From: Dehalococcoidia bacterium
GTDB taxonomy: Bacteria > Chloroflexota > Dehalococcoidia > DSTF01 > JALHUB01
DNA length: 35,656 nucleotides
Assembly: GCA_049511815.1 (NCBI GenBank)
Contig: JBEKXP010000024.1
Coordinates: 1-35,656, forward strand
Direction: 5' to 3'
Shown: piece after piece, positions 1-15,005 of the stretch
Position numbering within the stretch: the first letter of the stretch is position 1
Layout of the letters: each line of letters starts with the position of its first letter
Program-made: the position numbers and the translations under genes
Notes under the pieces: model-generated
Told to the model about the DNA's origin: nothing
The model's input: the letters and a program-made list of their open reading frames with translations, nothing else
The model's database searches: none

Positions 1-4054
<4,054 letters not shown>

Positions 4055-4080
4055 CCGGCGAATTCATTTCAATACGAGAG

Positions 4081-4105
4081 AGCCCCGGAATTCCGGGGCT
4101 TTTTC
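4081..4105 (+). terminator. Rho-independent terminator after rpoC
   Basis: Perfect palindrome agCCCCGGAATTCCGGGGct is followed by TTTTTC, 27 nt after the rpoC stop. A T-tract is present only on the + strand. Confidence 0.8.
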
Positions 4106-4164
4106 TTGCCCGTCGACAAATGTGGAGAACATGTAGGGGAGGACTTCAGTCCTCCCGCATATAG

Positions 4165-6015
4165 TCATGAGCGCTTCGCCGCGCCCCGCATTTCCACCAA
4201 TCGCGCCGCGCACGCCTCCGAGTACGCTTGCAGGCCGCAGACGTTACAACCCGCCAGACGGCAATCCGGCGTCGTCTCGCCGCTGAGCGCCTTGCGCCAT
4301 TCGCCTCGCAGGAACGCCTCGCTGACGCCGCTGTCGATGTGCGACCAGGGCAGCACCTCGAACTCTTCGCGCTGACGCCGGGCGTAGAACTCCGCCGATA
4401 GCCCCGACTCCGCCAGCGCCGACCGCCAGGCGCCTGCGTCGAGCAGCTCGTTCCAGGCGTCGAAGCGGGCGCCGTGGCGCCAGGCGCCCTCGATGACATG
4501 ACTGAGCCGCCGGTCGCCGCGCGACAGCATCGCCTCGATCAGGCTTTGCTGCGGGTCGTTCCAGGTGAAGGCCACGCCGAGACGCTTAAGGCCGCGTCGC
4601 AGCAGGTCGTGGCGGGCCTCGATCTCGTCGGCGGGCATTTGCGGAGCCCACTGGAAGGGCGTATGCGGCTTGGGCACGAAGATTGACGTGCTCACCTTCA
4701 CCTGCGCCCTGCCGCCGTGCCGTCGCCGGCCCGCCTCTCGCACCGCGGCGGCCAGGTCGACTATGCCTTGCACGTCCGCTAGCGTCTCCGTCGGCAGCCC
4801 GACCATGAAGTAGAGCTTCAGGTTCGTCCAGCCGTGCTCGAACGCCGTTTCCGCCGCTTGCAGGAGGTCGGCGTCCGTCGTCGGCTTGTTGATGACGTTC
4901 CGCAGCCGCTGGCTGCCGGCTTCCGGCGCGAACGTAATGTTGCGACGGCCCGGGCCCGAGGCGGACGCGGCGAGTCGCACCGAGAAGCTGTCGACGCGCA
5001 GGCTGGGCAGCGCGATGGCGAGCCGCTCGCCGAACTCGCGGCGCAGCGCCTCGACGATTGGGCCGATCTCCGAGTGGTCGGCGGTGTTGAGGGAGAGCAG
5101 GCCGAGCTCATCGTAGCCGGTTGCGGCGAGGAGGGCGCGCGCAGCGTCCAGCACCTCGTCGCAGGACCGCTCGCGGCGCGGCCGGTAGATGACGCCCGCC
5201 TGGCAGAAGCGGCAGCCACGCACGCAGCCGCGCTGGATCTCGACGGCGGCGCGGTCGTGCACCGTCTGCATGAACGGGACGATAGGTCGCAGCGGCGAAG
5301 GGAAGAGTCTCTCCAGGAAGCGGCGTCGCACCTTTGCCGGCGCGCCTTCCCGCGGGCGAATCTCCGCCACCGTGCCGTCGCTGTTGTAGTCGACGTCGTA
5401 GAGGCTGGGGACGTACACGCCCGGGATCTGCGATAGCCCCTTGAGAACGTCCGCACGCGGCTTGCCTCCCGATGCCTTGTCCTGTCGCAGAATGTCGACG
5501 ATCTCAAGCATCGCCTCTTCGCCCTCGCCGAGCACGAACGCATCGATAAAGGCGGACAGCGGTTCCGGGTTGAGCGCGGCCGTCCCGCCGGCGAGCACCA
5601 GCGGATGGTCCGACGTCCGGTCGGCGCTGCGCAGCGGCAGGCCGGCGAGGTCGAGCATGTTGAGCACGTTGGTAAAGGTGAGCTCATAGCCGAGCGAGAA
5701 GCCGATGGCGTCGAAATCGGCCAGGGGATGGCGCGTCTCCAGGCTGAAGAGGGGAAGGCCGCGCGTCCGCAGCTCTTTCTCCAGGTCCGGCCAGGGGGCA
5801 TAGACGCGCTCGGCCAGCACGTCGGGCAGGCTGTTGACGATGTCGTATAGGATAGCGAGGCCCAGGTTCGACATGCCGACCTCGTAGACATCGGGGTAGG
5901 CGAGGGCGAGGCGGAGGGGCGTGGCGTCCCAGTCTTTGACGACGGCGTTCCACTCGCCGCCGGCGTAACGGGCGGGCCGGCTGACGCTCTTGAGGATGGA
6001 ATCGAAGTCCGGCAT
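4165..6015 (-). CDS. Radical SAM protein, TIGR03960-like (B12-binding-domain radical SAM, function unknown)
   Basis: 616-aa ORF. The N-terminus ILKSVSRPARYAGGEWN is typical of this family. The CxxxCxxC cluster motif is GCVRGCRFCQAG. The gene is convergent with rpoC. Confidence 0.8.
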   Translation of the reverse strand: MPDFDSILKSVSRPARYAGGEWNAVVKDWDATPLRLALAYPDVYEVGMSNLGLAILYDIVNSLPDVLAERVYAPWPDLEKELRTRGLPLFSLETRHPLADFDAIGFSLGYELTFTNVLNMLDLAGLPLRSADRTSDHPLVLAGGTAALNPEPLSAFIDAFVLGEGEEAMLEIVDILRQDKASGGKPRADVLKGLSQIPGVYVPSLYDVDYNSDGTVAEIRPREGAPAKVRRRFLERLFPSPLRPIVPFMQTVHDRAAVEIQRGCVRGCRFCQAGVIYRPRRERSCDEVLDAARALLAATGYDELGLLSLNTADHSEIGPIVEALRREFGERLAIALPSLRVDSFSVRLAASASGPGRRNITFAPEAGSQRLRNVINKPTTDADLLQAAETAFEHGWTNLKLYFMVGLPTETLADVQGIVDLAAAVREAGRRRHGGRAQVKVSTSIFVPKPHTPFQWAPQMPADEIEARHDLLRRGLKRLGVAFTWNDPQQSLIEAMLSRGDRRLSHVIEGAWRHGARFDAWNELLDAGAWRSALAESGLSAEFYARRQREEFEVLPWSHIDSGVSEAFLRGEWRKALSGETTPDCRLAGCNVCGLQAYSEACAARLVEMRGAAKRS

Positions 6016-6243
6016 AGGGCCTTTCGGCGATTACGAAGCTATGGAGATCATACCTGAAGCGCCGTCGCGCCCGCAATTTCGATCCAGTCTGCCGGCAGGA
6101 ATAGGGGAAATCCTTGCTTTACGGCGTGCTGCTGCGCTGTTATCATTTATCTTGTAGGACGTAACACTGAATAGGCCGGTCCAATGTTATTCGCCCAAGG
6201 CTATCCCGCCTCTTCTTGGGTCGAAAGAGTATTGGCTTTTGTG

Positions 6244-6278
6244 AAGAGCGTGCTGAGCTGCGCTCTTTTCGTTTTCTC
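6244..6278 (+). other. Terminator-like hairpin in the leader of the PIN/TRAM gene
   Basis: 7-bp stem AAGAGCG(6244-6250)/CGCTCTT(6261-6267) is followed by the T-rich run TTCGTTTTCTCC, ending about 12-20 nt before the gene start. Its function is unknown. Confidence 0.3.
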
Positions 6279-6289
6279 CTGGGAAGGGA

Positions 6290-7351
6290 GTGATCGGCAT
6301 GAAAGTGGTCTTATCCCGTGGAGCGGGCGCTCTTCTCCTCGGCGGGGCCGGCTTTGGGCTGGGCTGGCTCGCTACCGCGGAGGAGAGCGGCTCGACGAAA
6401 GCAGCGATTTCGATCGCGTTACTCGTGGTAGGGGCGATTCTTGGGGCAGGCATATTCCCTATCATCTTCCGTGCGCCGGTGGAGAGAATGCGACGCTACT
6501 TGAGACACCTTTCGCTGCCGCAGGTCGGCCTGGCGACACTGGGTCTGACATCTGGTCTTATCGTGTCCGCGCTACTGGTGCCGGCCCTGTCGCGCCTGCC
6601 TGACCCGGCCAGTTGGATTGCGCCGCTGGTCGCCGCGGTCGTCGCCGGCGGTGGCGGTCTACTGCTGTTTGCCGGCCGCGCCGACGAGCTGACGGCACTG
6701 ATAGGTAACCGGCCAAAGAATGGAGGGAACGGCTACGGCGGCAGGAGTTGGAGCAGGGGGCAGCGCTTCCTGGTGGATACCAGCGCCATCATCGACGGGC
6801 GCATCGCTGACGTGTCGGAGGCCGGCTTCATCCAGGGGTCGCTTGTCTTGCCGCGCTTCGTCCTCGATGAGCTGCGCCACATCGCCGACTCGCCGGACGC
6901 GCTCAGGCGAAATCGGGGCCGTCGCGGCCTCGACGTGCTGAACCGCCTTCAGAAGGAATCGCCGGTACCGATAGAGATTACAGACAAGGATTTCGAAGAC
7001 CTGGCGGAGGTTGATAGCAAGCTGGTCCGGATGGCATCGATTCTCGGCTGCCCGATCATCACCAATGACTTCAATCTGAATCGGGTAGCGGAGATAGAGG
7101 GCGTCTCCGTCTTGAACGTCAACCAGCTTGCCAACGCCGTCAAGTCGGTCGTCCTGCCGGGCGAAGAGATGATTGTGCGCGTAATCCAGGAGGGCAAGGA
7201 AGTCGGCCAGGGAGTAGGCTTTTTGGACGATGGGACGATGGTAGTGGTGGAAGGCGGGCGCCGTCGCCTGAATGAGGAGATCGAGATAACCGTCACGCGC
7301 GTCTTGCAGACCGTGGCGGGACGGATGATCTTCGCGCAGCCGAAGGGGTAA
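6290..7351 (+). CDS. yacL: Membrane-anchored PIN + TRAM domain protein (YacL-like)
   Basis: Four hydrophobic N-terminal helices come first. Then a PIN-like core (FLVDTSAIIDGRI ... ITNDFNLN) and a C-terminal TRAM-like beta domain (GEEMIVRVIQEGKEVGQGVGFLDDGTMVVVEGG). It sits upstream of ispD-ispF, as in Bacillus. The ATG at 6299 lies about 8 nt after GGGAAGGGAG and may be the true start. Confidence 0.75.
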   Translation: MIGMKVVLSRGAGALLLGGAGFGLGWLATAEESGSTKAAISIALLVVGAILGAGIFPIIFRAPVERMRRYLRHLSLPQVGLATLGLTSGLIVSALLVPALSRLPDPASWIAPLVAAVVAGGGGLLLFAGRADELTALIGNRPKNGGNGYGGRSWSRGQRFLVDTSAIIDGRIADVSEAGFIQGSLVLPRFVLDELRHIADSPDALRRNRGRRGLDVLNRLQKESPVPIEITDKDFEDLAEVDSKLVRMASILGCPIITNDFNLNRVAEIEGVSVLNVNQLANAVKSVVLPGEEMIVRVIQEGKEVGQGVGFLDDGTMVVVEGGRRRLNEEIEITVTRVLQTVAGRMIFAQPKG

Positions 7352-7360
7352 GCTTAGAGC

Positions 7361-8077
7361 ATGCCGGATGATAACGAAGCCGCGGGACGGGCGAAAAAGG
7401 GCGTCGGCGCCATAATCGTAGCGGCCGGCCGAAGCCTGCGCATGGGCGGCGGCGACAAGATATGGGTCTCCGTCGGCGGCAGGCCTTTGCTGGCCCATAC
7501 CGTCTCCATGTTCCAGTTCTCCTCGGCGGTCGACAAGATCGTCCTGGTGCTCTCTTCGGACAGGCAGAAGCTGGGGCTGTCGCTCATCAAGGGCGCGCAC
7601 TTCGGCAAGGTTGCGGAGATCTGCTTCGGCGGCGAGGAGCGGCAGCAGTCCGTCCGCTCTGGGCTGGAGGCTCTCGGTCCCTGCGAGTGGGTGATAGTGC
7701 ACGACGGCGCGCGGCCGCTGGTCACGACGAAGCTGATCGAGCAGGGGCTGGCCGCGGCGCGTCAGACCGGCGCCGCTACCTGCGCCGTGCCCGTCCACGA
7801 CACGCTTAAGCTTGTGAACGAGCGCCATATCGTCGAGAAGAGCCTGGAGCGCAACGGTCTCTGGCTGATCCAGACGCCGCAGGTCTTCCGCTATGACATA
7901 CTGATGGAGGCGCACCGCAAGGCGGACGGCCGCGCGTTCGCCAGCGATGACGCCGCCCTTGTCGAGCGCCTGGGTTACGAGGTCAAGGTCTTCGAGGGCT
8001 CGTACCACAACATCAAGGTCACGACGCCGGAAGACCTCGTGCTGGCGCAGATGCTCCTGAAATGGCACCGGATGTAG
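7361..8077 (+). CDS. ispD: 2-C-methyl-D-erythritol 4-phosphate cytidylyltransferase
   Basis: 238 aa. It has the N-terminal GAIIVAAGRSLRMGGGDKIW nucleotide-binding motif, VHDGARP and IQTPQ.F motifs, and is adjacent to ispF. Confidence 0.93.
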   Translation: MPDDNEAAGRAKKGVGAIIVAAGRSLRMGGGDKIWVSVGGRPLLAHTVSMFQFSSAVDKIVLVLSSDRQKLGLSLIKGAHFGKVAEICFGGEERQQSVRSGLEALGPCEWVIVHDGARPLVTTKLIEQGLAAARQTGAATCAVPVHDTLKLVNERHIVEKSLERNGLWLIQTPQVFRYDILMEAHRKADGRAFASDDAALVERLGYEVKVFEGSYHNIKVTTPEDLVLAQMLLKWHRM

Positions 8078-8078
8078 C

Positions 8079-8546
8079 ATGAGGGTCGGCATCGGCTACG
8101 ACATCCACCCCTTTGACGAAGCGCGGCCGCTGGTTCTGGGCGGCATCCGAATCGAAGGGTCGCCGGGCCTGCGCGGCTACAGCGACGCCGACGTTCTCCT
8201 GCATGCCGTCATCGATGCGCTGCTGGGCGCCGCCGGGCTGGACGACATCGGCAGGCACTTTCCCCCAGGCGACCCGGCGTACAGGGACATCGATAGCGCC
8301 GAGTTGCTGCGGCGAACGCGGGAACTGCTGGAGGAGGCGGGCCACTCGATTGGCAACGTCGATGCGACGGTGATTGCTGAGGCGCCGAAGCTGGCGCCGC
8401 TCATCCCCTCGATGCGGAAGGCGATCGCCGCCGCGCTGGCGATCGACGAGTCGCGCGTGAGCGTGAAAGCGACCACGCACGAAGGCATGGGAGCGATAGG
8501 CCGGGGCGAAGGGATTGCCGCGATGGCTGTCGCCTTGATAGAGTAG
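8079..8546 (+). CDS. ispF: 2-C-methyl-D-erythritol 2,4-cyclodiphosphate synthase
   Basis: 155 aa. MRVGIGYDIHPF..., GYSDADVLLHAVIDALLGA and ATTHEGMGAIGRGEGIAA are typical of IspF. The gene starts 1 nt after the ispD stop. Confidence 0.95.
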   Translation: MRVGIGYDIHPFDEARPLVLGGIRIEGSPGLRGYSDADVLLHAVIDALLGAAGLDDIGRHFPPGDPAYRDIDSAELLRRTRELLEEAGHSIGNVDATVIAEAPKLAPLIPSMRKAIAAALAIDESRVSVKATTHEGMGAIGRGEGIAAMAVALIE

Positions 8547-8728
8547 AAGCAGTGGACGCTAATTCCCCACAGAACGCGGTCCGAAAGCCGGACCTGCCGA
8601 GCCGGCCCTCGCTGAAGGGCAGGAGATGCCGCTGCGTCTGTAGCAGCGGGCGGTCGCGCTGAGCGACGCCCGAAAACGGCACAACCCGCACCAGCGGGCC
8701 CATCTTCTGAATCGATATCGAGGGCAAG

Positions 8729-9409
8729 ATGAAGGTCTTACAAAGCATACTTCGTGACATCCAGGCGGCCAGGCGCAACGACCCGGCGGCCACGAGCAAT
8801 CTGGAAGTAATCCTGGCTTACCCGGGCTTCCACGCCCGCCAGTTCCATCGCCTGGCGCACACGCTATACGATCGAAAGGTGCCGCTGGCGCCGCGCCTCG
8901 TCTCGGCGGCGGGCCGCTTCATCACCGGTATCGAGATCCACCCGGGCGCGAAGATCGGCGAAGGGCTGTTCATCGACCACGGCATGGGGACGGTCATCGG
9001 CGAGACGGCGGAGATCGGCGACGACTGCCATCTCTACCAGGGCGTAACGCTAGGCGGCATCAGCCACCGGCGGGAGAAGCGCCATCCGACGCTGCGCAAC
9101 AACGTCACCGTCGGCGCGGGCGCGGAGGTCATCGGCGCGATTGAGATCGGCGACAACGCGCGCATCGGCGCGGGATCCGTCGTCATCACGAACGTTCCGG
9201 CCAACGCCACCGTCGTCGGCGTCCCGGGCCACGTCGTCGCCTTCCAGGAGCCCGGCGAGGAGACGGTGATGCGGCTGCCGGACCCGGAATGGGACCGAAT
9301 CCGTGCGCTTGAGGACCGCCTCGAGCGGCTGGAGAAGCGTCTGCTCCCGTCCAACGGACAGTCGCCGGACGCCACCGAAATCAGGGCTAGCGAGGAAAGC
9401 GAAGCATGA
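8729..9409 (+). CDS. cysE: Serine O-acetyltransferase
   Basis: It matches the short Bacillus-type CysE (DPAA...[41 protein letters not shown], hexapeptide repeats). Its stop overlaps the cysS start (ATGA). Confidence 0.92.
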   Translation: MKVLQSILRDIQAARRNDPAATSNLEVILAYPGFHARQFHRLAHTLYDRKVPLAPRLVSAAGRFITGIEIHPGAKIGEGLFIDHGMGTVIGETAEIGDDCHLYQGVTLGGISHRREKRHPTLRNNVTVGAGAEVIGAIEIGDNARIGAGSVVITNVPANATVVGVPGHVVAFQEPGEETVMRLPDPEWDRIRALEDRLERLEKRLLPSNGQSPDATEIRASEESEA

Positions 9410-10767
9410 GGCTGTACAATACGCTGACGCGCCGCGAAGAAGAGTTCGCGCCCGCCGACGACACGGTGAAGATGTACGTCTGCGGGCCCAACCTGTACGC
9501 GCCCTGCCACGTCGGGCATGCCATGAGCTACGTCGTCTTCGACGTCTTGCGGCGGTACCTGGAATGGCGCGGCTACAAGGTGCGCCACGTCCAGAACTTC
9601 ACCGACATCGAGGACAAGATCATCGCGCGGGCGCAGGCGACTGGCGTCTCGACGGAAGAGCTGTCGCGGCAGTACGTCGACCGCTTCTTCGCCGATATGG
9701 ACCGGCTTCGCATCCAGCGCGCGCACGTCTACCCGCTGGCGACGCACGAGATACCCGGCATGATCGAGATGATCCAGGGACTCATCGCCAAGGGACACGC
9801 CTACCCCGTCGACGGCGACGTCTACTTCCGCGTCCGGAGCGACCCGGACTACGGCCAGCTTTCCGGCCGCTCGCTCGACGACCTGCAGGCGGGCGCGCGC
9901 ATCGAAGTCGACGAGCGCAAGGAGCACCCCATGGACTTCGCGCTCTGGAAGGCATCGAAGGAAGGCGAACCCTCCTGGGAGAGCCCATGGGGGCCGGGCC
10001 GCCCGGGCTGGCACATCGAGTGCTCAGTCATGTCATTGCGTTATCTGGGTCGACTGGACATCCACGGCGGTGGCCAGGACCTCATCTTCCCGCATCACGA
10101 GAACGAGCTGGCGCAGTCGGAGTGCTATACGGGGGTGAAGCCGTTCGTCCGCTTCTGGGTGCACAACGGCCTCGCCCGACTGAGCAACGGCGAGGAGAAG
10201 ATGACGCGCTCCTTGGGCAATCTCGTCGCCATCACCGACGCGCTCGACCAGCATGGCGCCGACACGCTGCGCCTGTTTATCCTCAGCTCCAACTACCGCA
10301 GCCCCCTCACCTACGCGGACGAGGCGCTGGCGGCGGCGAAGCGCGGCGTCGAGCGGCTGCGGACGGCGGCGCACGCCCCTTCGCCGGACGGCGGCGAAGC
10401 GCTGGACGCGGCGCCGTTCCGAGAGCGCTTCGTCGAGCAGATGGAGAACGATCTGAACACCGCTCAGGCGCTGGCCGCGCTGTTCGATCTGGCGCGCGAG
10501 ATCAACCGCGCCCGCGACGGAGGGCGAAGCATCCGGGAAGCGCAGTCGACGCTGCTGGAGCTGGCGGGCGTCTTCGGACTGGCGCTGGAAGAGGAGGAGA
10601 CGGCGGTCCCCGCCGCGCCCTTCATCGAGCTGCTCATCGAGACGCGGGAGAAGCTGCGGCAGGCGAAACAGTTCGCTCTGGCGGACGACGTCCGCACCCG
10701 TCTTGAGGCGCTCGGCATCGTGCTGGAGGACGGCCGCGGGGGGACGACCTGGAAGCGCAAGGATTGA
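9406..10767 (+). CDS. cysS: Cysteine--tRNA ligase
   Basis: 453 aa. The class I HIGH motif is CHVGHAMSY and the KMSKS variant is KMTRSLGN. It also has the GWHIECS zinc/cysteine site. Confidence 0.96.
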   Translation: MRLYNTLTRREEEFAPADDTVKMYVCGPNLYAPCHVGHAMSYVVFDVLRRYLEWRGYKVRHVQNFTDIEDKIIARAQATGVSTEELSRQYVDRFFADMDRLRIQRAHVYPLATHEIPGMIEMIQGLIAKGHAYPVDGDVYFRVRSDPDYGQLSGRSLDDLQAGARIEVDERKEHPMDFALWKASKEGEPSWESPWGPGRPGWHIECSVMSLRYLGRLDIHGGGQDLIFPHHENELAQSECYTGVKPFVRFWVHNGLARLSNGEEKMTRSLGNLVAITDALDQHGADTLRLFILSSNYRSPLTYADEALAAAKRGVERLRTAAHAPSPDGGEALDAAPFRERFVEQMENDLNTAQALAALFDLAREINRARDGGRSIREAQSTLLELAGVFGLALEEEETAVPAAPFIELLIETREKLRQAKQFALADDVRTRLEALGIVLEDGRGGTTWKRKD

Positions 10768-10807
10768 CTTAGGGCGGGGCAATCCCTATACTTACGTATG
10801 CTAAGAG

Positions 10808-10832
10808 CCCCGATTGTCGGGGGCCTACTTTT
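10808..10832 (+). terminator. Possible terminator after cysS
   Basis: Short stem CCCCGA/TCGGGG with a 3-nt loop, then CCTACTTTTG. Both the stem and the T-run are weak. Confidence 0.3.
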
Positions 10833-10875
10833 GTTACGCCCGAAAGGGATTGGGCCCTTGGGTGGAGCGCGGCAA

Positions 10876-10951
10876 GCCCGAGTGGCGCAATGGTAGCGCA
10901 ACCGACTTGTAATCGGTAGGTTGGTGGGTTCGAATCCCCCCTCGGGCTCCA
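10876..10951 (+). tRNA. tRNA-Thr (anticodon UGU), CCA encoded
   Basis: Hand-folded cloverleaf. Acceptor is GCCCGAG/CTCGGGC, D arm GCGC-AATGGTA-GCGC, anticodon arm ACCGA-CTTGTAA-TCGGT, and T loop TTCGAAT. There is one U-C mismatch in the T stem. Confidence 0.85.
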
Positions 10952-10964
10952 GTTGTTGGCAGAC

Positions 10965-11052
10965 GGAGGGGTGGGTGAGCGGCTAAAACCGGCGGTCTGT
11001 AAAATCGCTGCCTTGACAGGCTACGCAGGTTCGAATCCTGCCCCCTCCACCA
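10965..11052 (+). tRNA. tRNA-Tyr (anticodon GUA), class II with long variable arm, CCA encoded
   Basis: Acceptor is GGAGGGG/CCCCTCC, anticodon arm GCGGT-CTGTAAA-ATCGC, long variable arm, and T arm GCAGG-TTCGAAT-CCTGC. Confidence 0.92.
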
Positions 11053-11145
11053 CTCGAAGGCTTGAACGGGAAACCGAAGAACAAAGCACCGGACCAGGGG
11101 GCGGCAGGGAGGCAGAAACGCTGCGCAGCCGCCCATAGTTCAGGT

Positions 11146-11221
11146 GCCCACATAGCTCAGCAGGTAGAGCACGTTCTTGGTAAGAACGGGGTCCTCGGTT
11201 CGAGTCCGAGTGTGGGCTCCA
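11146..11221 (+). tRNA. tRNA-Thr (anticodon GGU), CCA encoded
   Basis: Perfect cloverleaf. Acceptor is GCCCACA/TGTGGGC, D arm GCTC-AGCAGGTA-GAGC, anticodon arm CGTTC-TTGGTAA-GAACG, and T arm CTCGG-TTCGAGT-CCGAG. Confidence 0.95.
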
Positions 11222-11245
11222 CAAATCTAGGAGGAATTAAACGAC

Positions 11246-12445
<1,200 letters not shown>

Positions 12446-12481
12446 GATAGAGAGGGCCGGCCTGAGCTGGCCGAGAGCTAG

Positions 12482-12646
12482 ATGGCGAAGAAAGAAGATC
12501 GAGTAATAATCACCCTGGCGTGCACAGAGTGCCGGGAGCGCAACTACGTAACCGAGAAGAACCGGCGCAACGACTCCGAACGTATCGAGCTGCGCAAGTA
12601 CTGCCCGCGCTGCCGCTGTCATCGCGCGCACCGTGAGGTCAGATAA
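12482..12646 (+). CDS. rpmG: 50S ribosomal protein L33
   Basis: It is too short for the ORF track. My translation is [54 protein letters not shown] (54 aa). This is a CxxC...CxxC zinc-ribbon L33 in the conserved position between tuf and secE. Confidence 0.9.
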   Translation: MAKKEDRVIITLACTECRERNYVTEKNRRNDSERIELRKYCPRCRCHRAHREVR

Positions 12647-12702
12647 GTCGGTGTCAGTCGGATGCGAGCGGTACGGGGCGAAGGGCGTGGGAGGCGAAGA
12701 TC

Positions 12703-13005
12703 ATGAGTCGTGCGCTTAGACGGCATCCCGTCGTCAGCAAGTCGTCCAAGAAGGCGCCTGCGCTGCGGACCGGGCGGCCACCGAAGGGCGGCGCGCCTAC
12801 GCGCACCCGCCAGGGCTGGCGCCGCTTCCTTCCCGGCTGGGCCGACGACATCATCAGCGAGCTGCGCAAGGTCACCTGGCCGACGCGTCGGGAGACCATC
12901 AACCTGACGCTGGTCGTCATCGTTGTCTCGGCGGCCATCGGCGGGCTGCTCGGCGGAATCGACATCCTTTTCAACTGGTTGATGAACGCCACGATATTGC
13001 GCTGA
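12703..13005 (+). CDS. secE: Preprotein translocase subunit SecE
   Basis: 100 aa. A basic N-terminal extension is followed by the SecE signature ELRKVTWPTRRE and a single C-terminal TM helix. It lies directly upstream of nusG. Confidence 0.9.
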   Translation: MSRALRRHPVVSKSSKKAPALRTGRPPKGGAPTRTRQGWRRFLPGWADDIISELRKVTWPTRRETINLTLVVIVVSAAIGGLLGGIDILFNWLMNATILR

Positions 13006-13016
13006 CGGGGATTAGA

Positions 13017-13661
13017 GTGCCCAGAAAAAAGAAGACAGCAGTAGTCGACAAAGAGAAGACGAAAGAAGCGCAGCCGGAGGCGCAGGCCGCCGAGGAAGAC
13101 ATAGCCGCGCCGGTCGAAGGCCGCGCCTGGTACGTCATCCACACCTACTCGGGTTACGAGAACAAGGTGAGGGCGAACCTGGAGCACCGCATCGAGTCCA
13201 TGGATGCGAAAGAGCTCGTCTTCCTGGTCATCGTGCCGACGGAGGACGAGATCGAAATCCGCGACGGACAGCGCCGAACAGTGGAGAAGAAGGTCTTTCC
13301 CGGCTACGTGCTGGTGCAGATGATCGAGCTGCGCGACGACGATCCGGAATCCAGCCGTGCCTGGTTCGTCGTACGGAACACGCCCGGCGTCACCGGCTTC
13401 GTCGGCTCGGGCGTCAAGCCGACGCCGCTGGAGTCGAGCGAGGTGCGCAAGATCGTTCGCCAGATGCGCTCGGAGGAGCCGCGCGTCAAGGTCGGCTTTA
13501 CCATCGGCCAGAGCGTGCGTGTCATCGACGGCCCGTTCATGGACTTCGTCGGCCAGGTCGACGAGATCAACCTGGAGAAGGGCCGCGTGCGCGTGCTCGT
13601 GTCGTTCTTCGGCCGGGAGACGCCGGTAGAGCTGGACTTCCTCCAGGTGGAGAGGCTGTAG
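13017..13661 (+). CDS. nusG: Transcription termination/antitermination factor NusG
   Basis: GTG start. It has the NGN domain ([14 protein letters not shown]) and a C-terminal KOW ([21 protein letters not shown]). The N-terminal extension of about 30 aa is Lys/Glu-rich. Confidence 0.95.
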   Translation: MPRKKKTAVVDKEKTKEAQPEAQAAEEDIAAPVEGRAWYVIHTYSGYENKVRANLEHRIESMDAKELVFLVIVPTEDEIEIRDGQRRTVEKKVFPGYVLVQMIELRDDDPESSRAWFVVRNTPGVTGFVGSGVKPTPLESSEVRKIVRQMRSEEPRVKVGFTIGQSVRVIDGPFMDFVGQVDEINLEKGRVRVLVSFFGRETPVELDFLQVERL

Positions 13662-13662
13662 A

Positions 13663-14085
13663 TTGGCAAAGAAAGTCCGCGCCATCGTCAAGCTGCAAAT
13701 TGAAGCGGGGAAGGCGAACCCCGCGCCGCCTGTCGGCCCGGCTCTGGGCCAGCACGGCGTCAACATCATGGCGTTCTGCAAAGACTACAACGAGAAGACG
13801 GCATCGCAGGCGGGGACGATCGTTCCGGTCGAGATCACTGTCTTCGAAGACCGCTCTTTCACCTACGTCCTCAAGACGCCGCCGGTCTCGGAGCTTCTGA
13901 AGAAGGCGGCCGGCATCCCCAAGGGCAGCGCGCAGCAAAAGCGGGAAAAAGTGGGCGAGATCTCCCGCGACAAGGTCCGCGAGATCGCCCAGATCAAGCT
14001 GCGCGACCTGAACACGACGGACGTCGAGGCGGCGATGCGCATGGTTGAGGGAACGGCCCGCAACATGGGAATAGAGGTCACGTGA
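13663..14085 (+). CDS. rplK: 50S ribosomal protein L11
   Basis: TTG start. [40 protein letters not shown] is canonical L11. Confidence 0.97.
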   Translation: MAKKVRAIVKLQIEAGKANPAPPVGPALGQHGVNIMAFCKDYNEKTASQAGTIVPVEITVFEDRSFTYVLKTPPVSELLKKAAGIPKGSAQQKREKVGEISRDKVREIAQIKLRDLNTTDVEAAMRMVEGTARNMGIEVT

Positions 14086-14801
14086 TGGTAACCAAGGTCG
14101 GCAAGAAGCACGCTGAGGCGCTGACGCTGGTAGACCGCGAGACGACGTACGCGCCGGCGGACGCGATAGCGCTCGCCAAGAAAGCGGCGCACGCCCGCTT
14201 CGACGAGACGGTGGAGCTGCACGTTCGCACCGGCCTGGACGTCCGCCACGCCGACCAGCAGATCCGCGGCTCGGTGCTGCTGCCGCACGGCCTGGGCAAG
14301 ACCGTCCGCGTGCTGGTGTTCGCGGAAGGCGAAGCCGAGAAGCAGGCGCAGGAGGCAGGCGCCGATTACGTCGGCGCCGATGAGCTGATAAAGAAGGTCG
14401 AAGGCGGCTGGACCGACTTCGACGTCGCCCTCGCCCAGCGCGAGATGATGGGCAAGGTCGGTCGCCTGGGTCGAGTCCTCGGGCCGCGCGGCCTCATGCC
14501 CAACCCGCGCTCCGGCACCGTCGTCGACGAGCAGGACGTGGCGCGGGCGGTGCGCGATGCCCGCCAAGGAAAGGTCGAGTACCGGCTGGACAAAAGCGCC
14601 ATCATCCACGTCCCCATCGGCAAGATCGGCTTCGAGGAACAGCAACTGCTGGAGAACCTGGCGTCAATCGTCGAGACGATCGTCAAGTCGCGGCCGGCTG
14701 GCGCCAAGGGCCAGTTCGTCCGCAGCGTCACGCTGGCGACGACGATGGGGCCGGGGATCAAGCTTGAGTTGGGCTCCACGCTCGGCCTGACCACATCGTA
14801 G
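14082..14801 (+). CDS. rplA: 50S ribosomal protein L1
   Basis: 239 aa with L1-typical blocks ([40 protein letters not shown]). The start is GTG 14082 or ATG 14085, overlapping the rplK stop. Confidence 0.96.
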   Translation: MMVTKVGKKHAEALTLVDRETTYAPADAIALAKKAAHARFDETVELHVRTGLDVRHADQQIRGSVLLPHGLGKTVRVLVFAEGEAEKQAQEAGADYVGADELIKKVEGGWTDFDVALAQREMMGKVGRLGRVLGPRGLMPNPRSGTVVDEQDVARAVRDARQGKVEYRLDKSAIIHVPIGKIGFEEQQLLENLASIVETIVKSRPAGAKGQFVRSVTLATTMGPGIKLELGSTLGLTTS

Positions 14802-15005
14802 CATTGCCTGGCGCGGACATCTTGTCCGCCAGGTCGACTGAATATAGACTAAGCAATACGCCACAGACAGCGGGTTCCGCTTTAAGCGGATTAAACTGCC
14901 AGCCCGCCGAGGCGAAGGCTGACGGCAACAGGGCGGAACGCCCGGGCCGTTCTCTGGCTCTTGTCTGTGGCGACAAGGGCCGTTTTCGTTGCCCGGGAGG
15001 GAAAG
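14802..15005 (+). promoter_or_regulatory. Structured rplJ leader (candidate L10(L12)4 autoregulatory leader)
   Basis: 204-nt untranslated gap in an otherwise gap-free ribosomal operon. It has a long bulged hairpin at 14807-14833 (CCTGGC(GC)GGACA-TCT-TGTCCGCCAGG). It also has the nested pairing CCCGGGC...TTGTC-TGTGGC-GACAA...GCCCGGG at 14941-14997. Its position matches known L10 leaders. Confidence 0.45.

Noticed and set aside
4081-4100. Bidirectional terminator serving both rpoC and the convergent radical SAM gene.
   Set aside because: The palindrome is symmetric, but only the + strand has a following T-tract. The minus-strand side reads CTCTCGTATTG.
8547-8728. T-box riboswitch upstream of cysE.
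   Set aside because: No conserved T-box sequence and no terminator/antiterminator pair is visible. It is kept only as an unexplained structured leader.
11053-11145. Possible fourth tRNA (tRNA-Gly) between tRNA-Tyr and tRNA-Thr, as in the E. coli thrU-tyrU-glyT-thrT-tufB cluster.
   Set aside because: I could not fold a cloverleaf. There is no TTCGA-type T loop and no matching acceptor arms in the 93-nt spacer.
14961-15005. Upstream start at 14961 for rplJ, as in the ORF track.
   Set aside because: It has no RBS and adds 15 non-conserved residues. The ATG at 15006 follows GGGAGGGAAAG and matches the usual L10 N-terminus.
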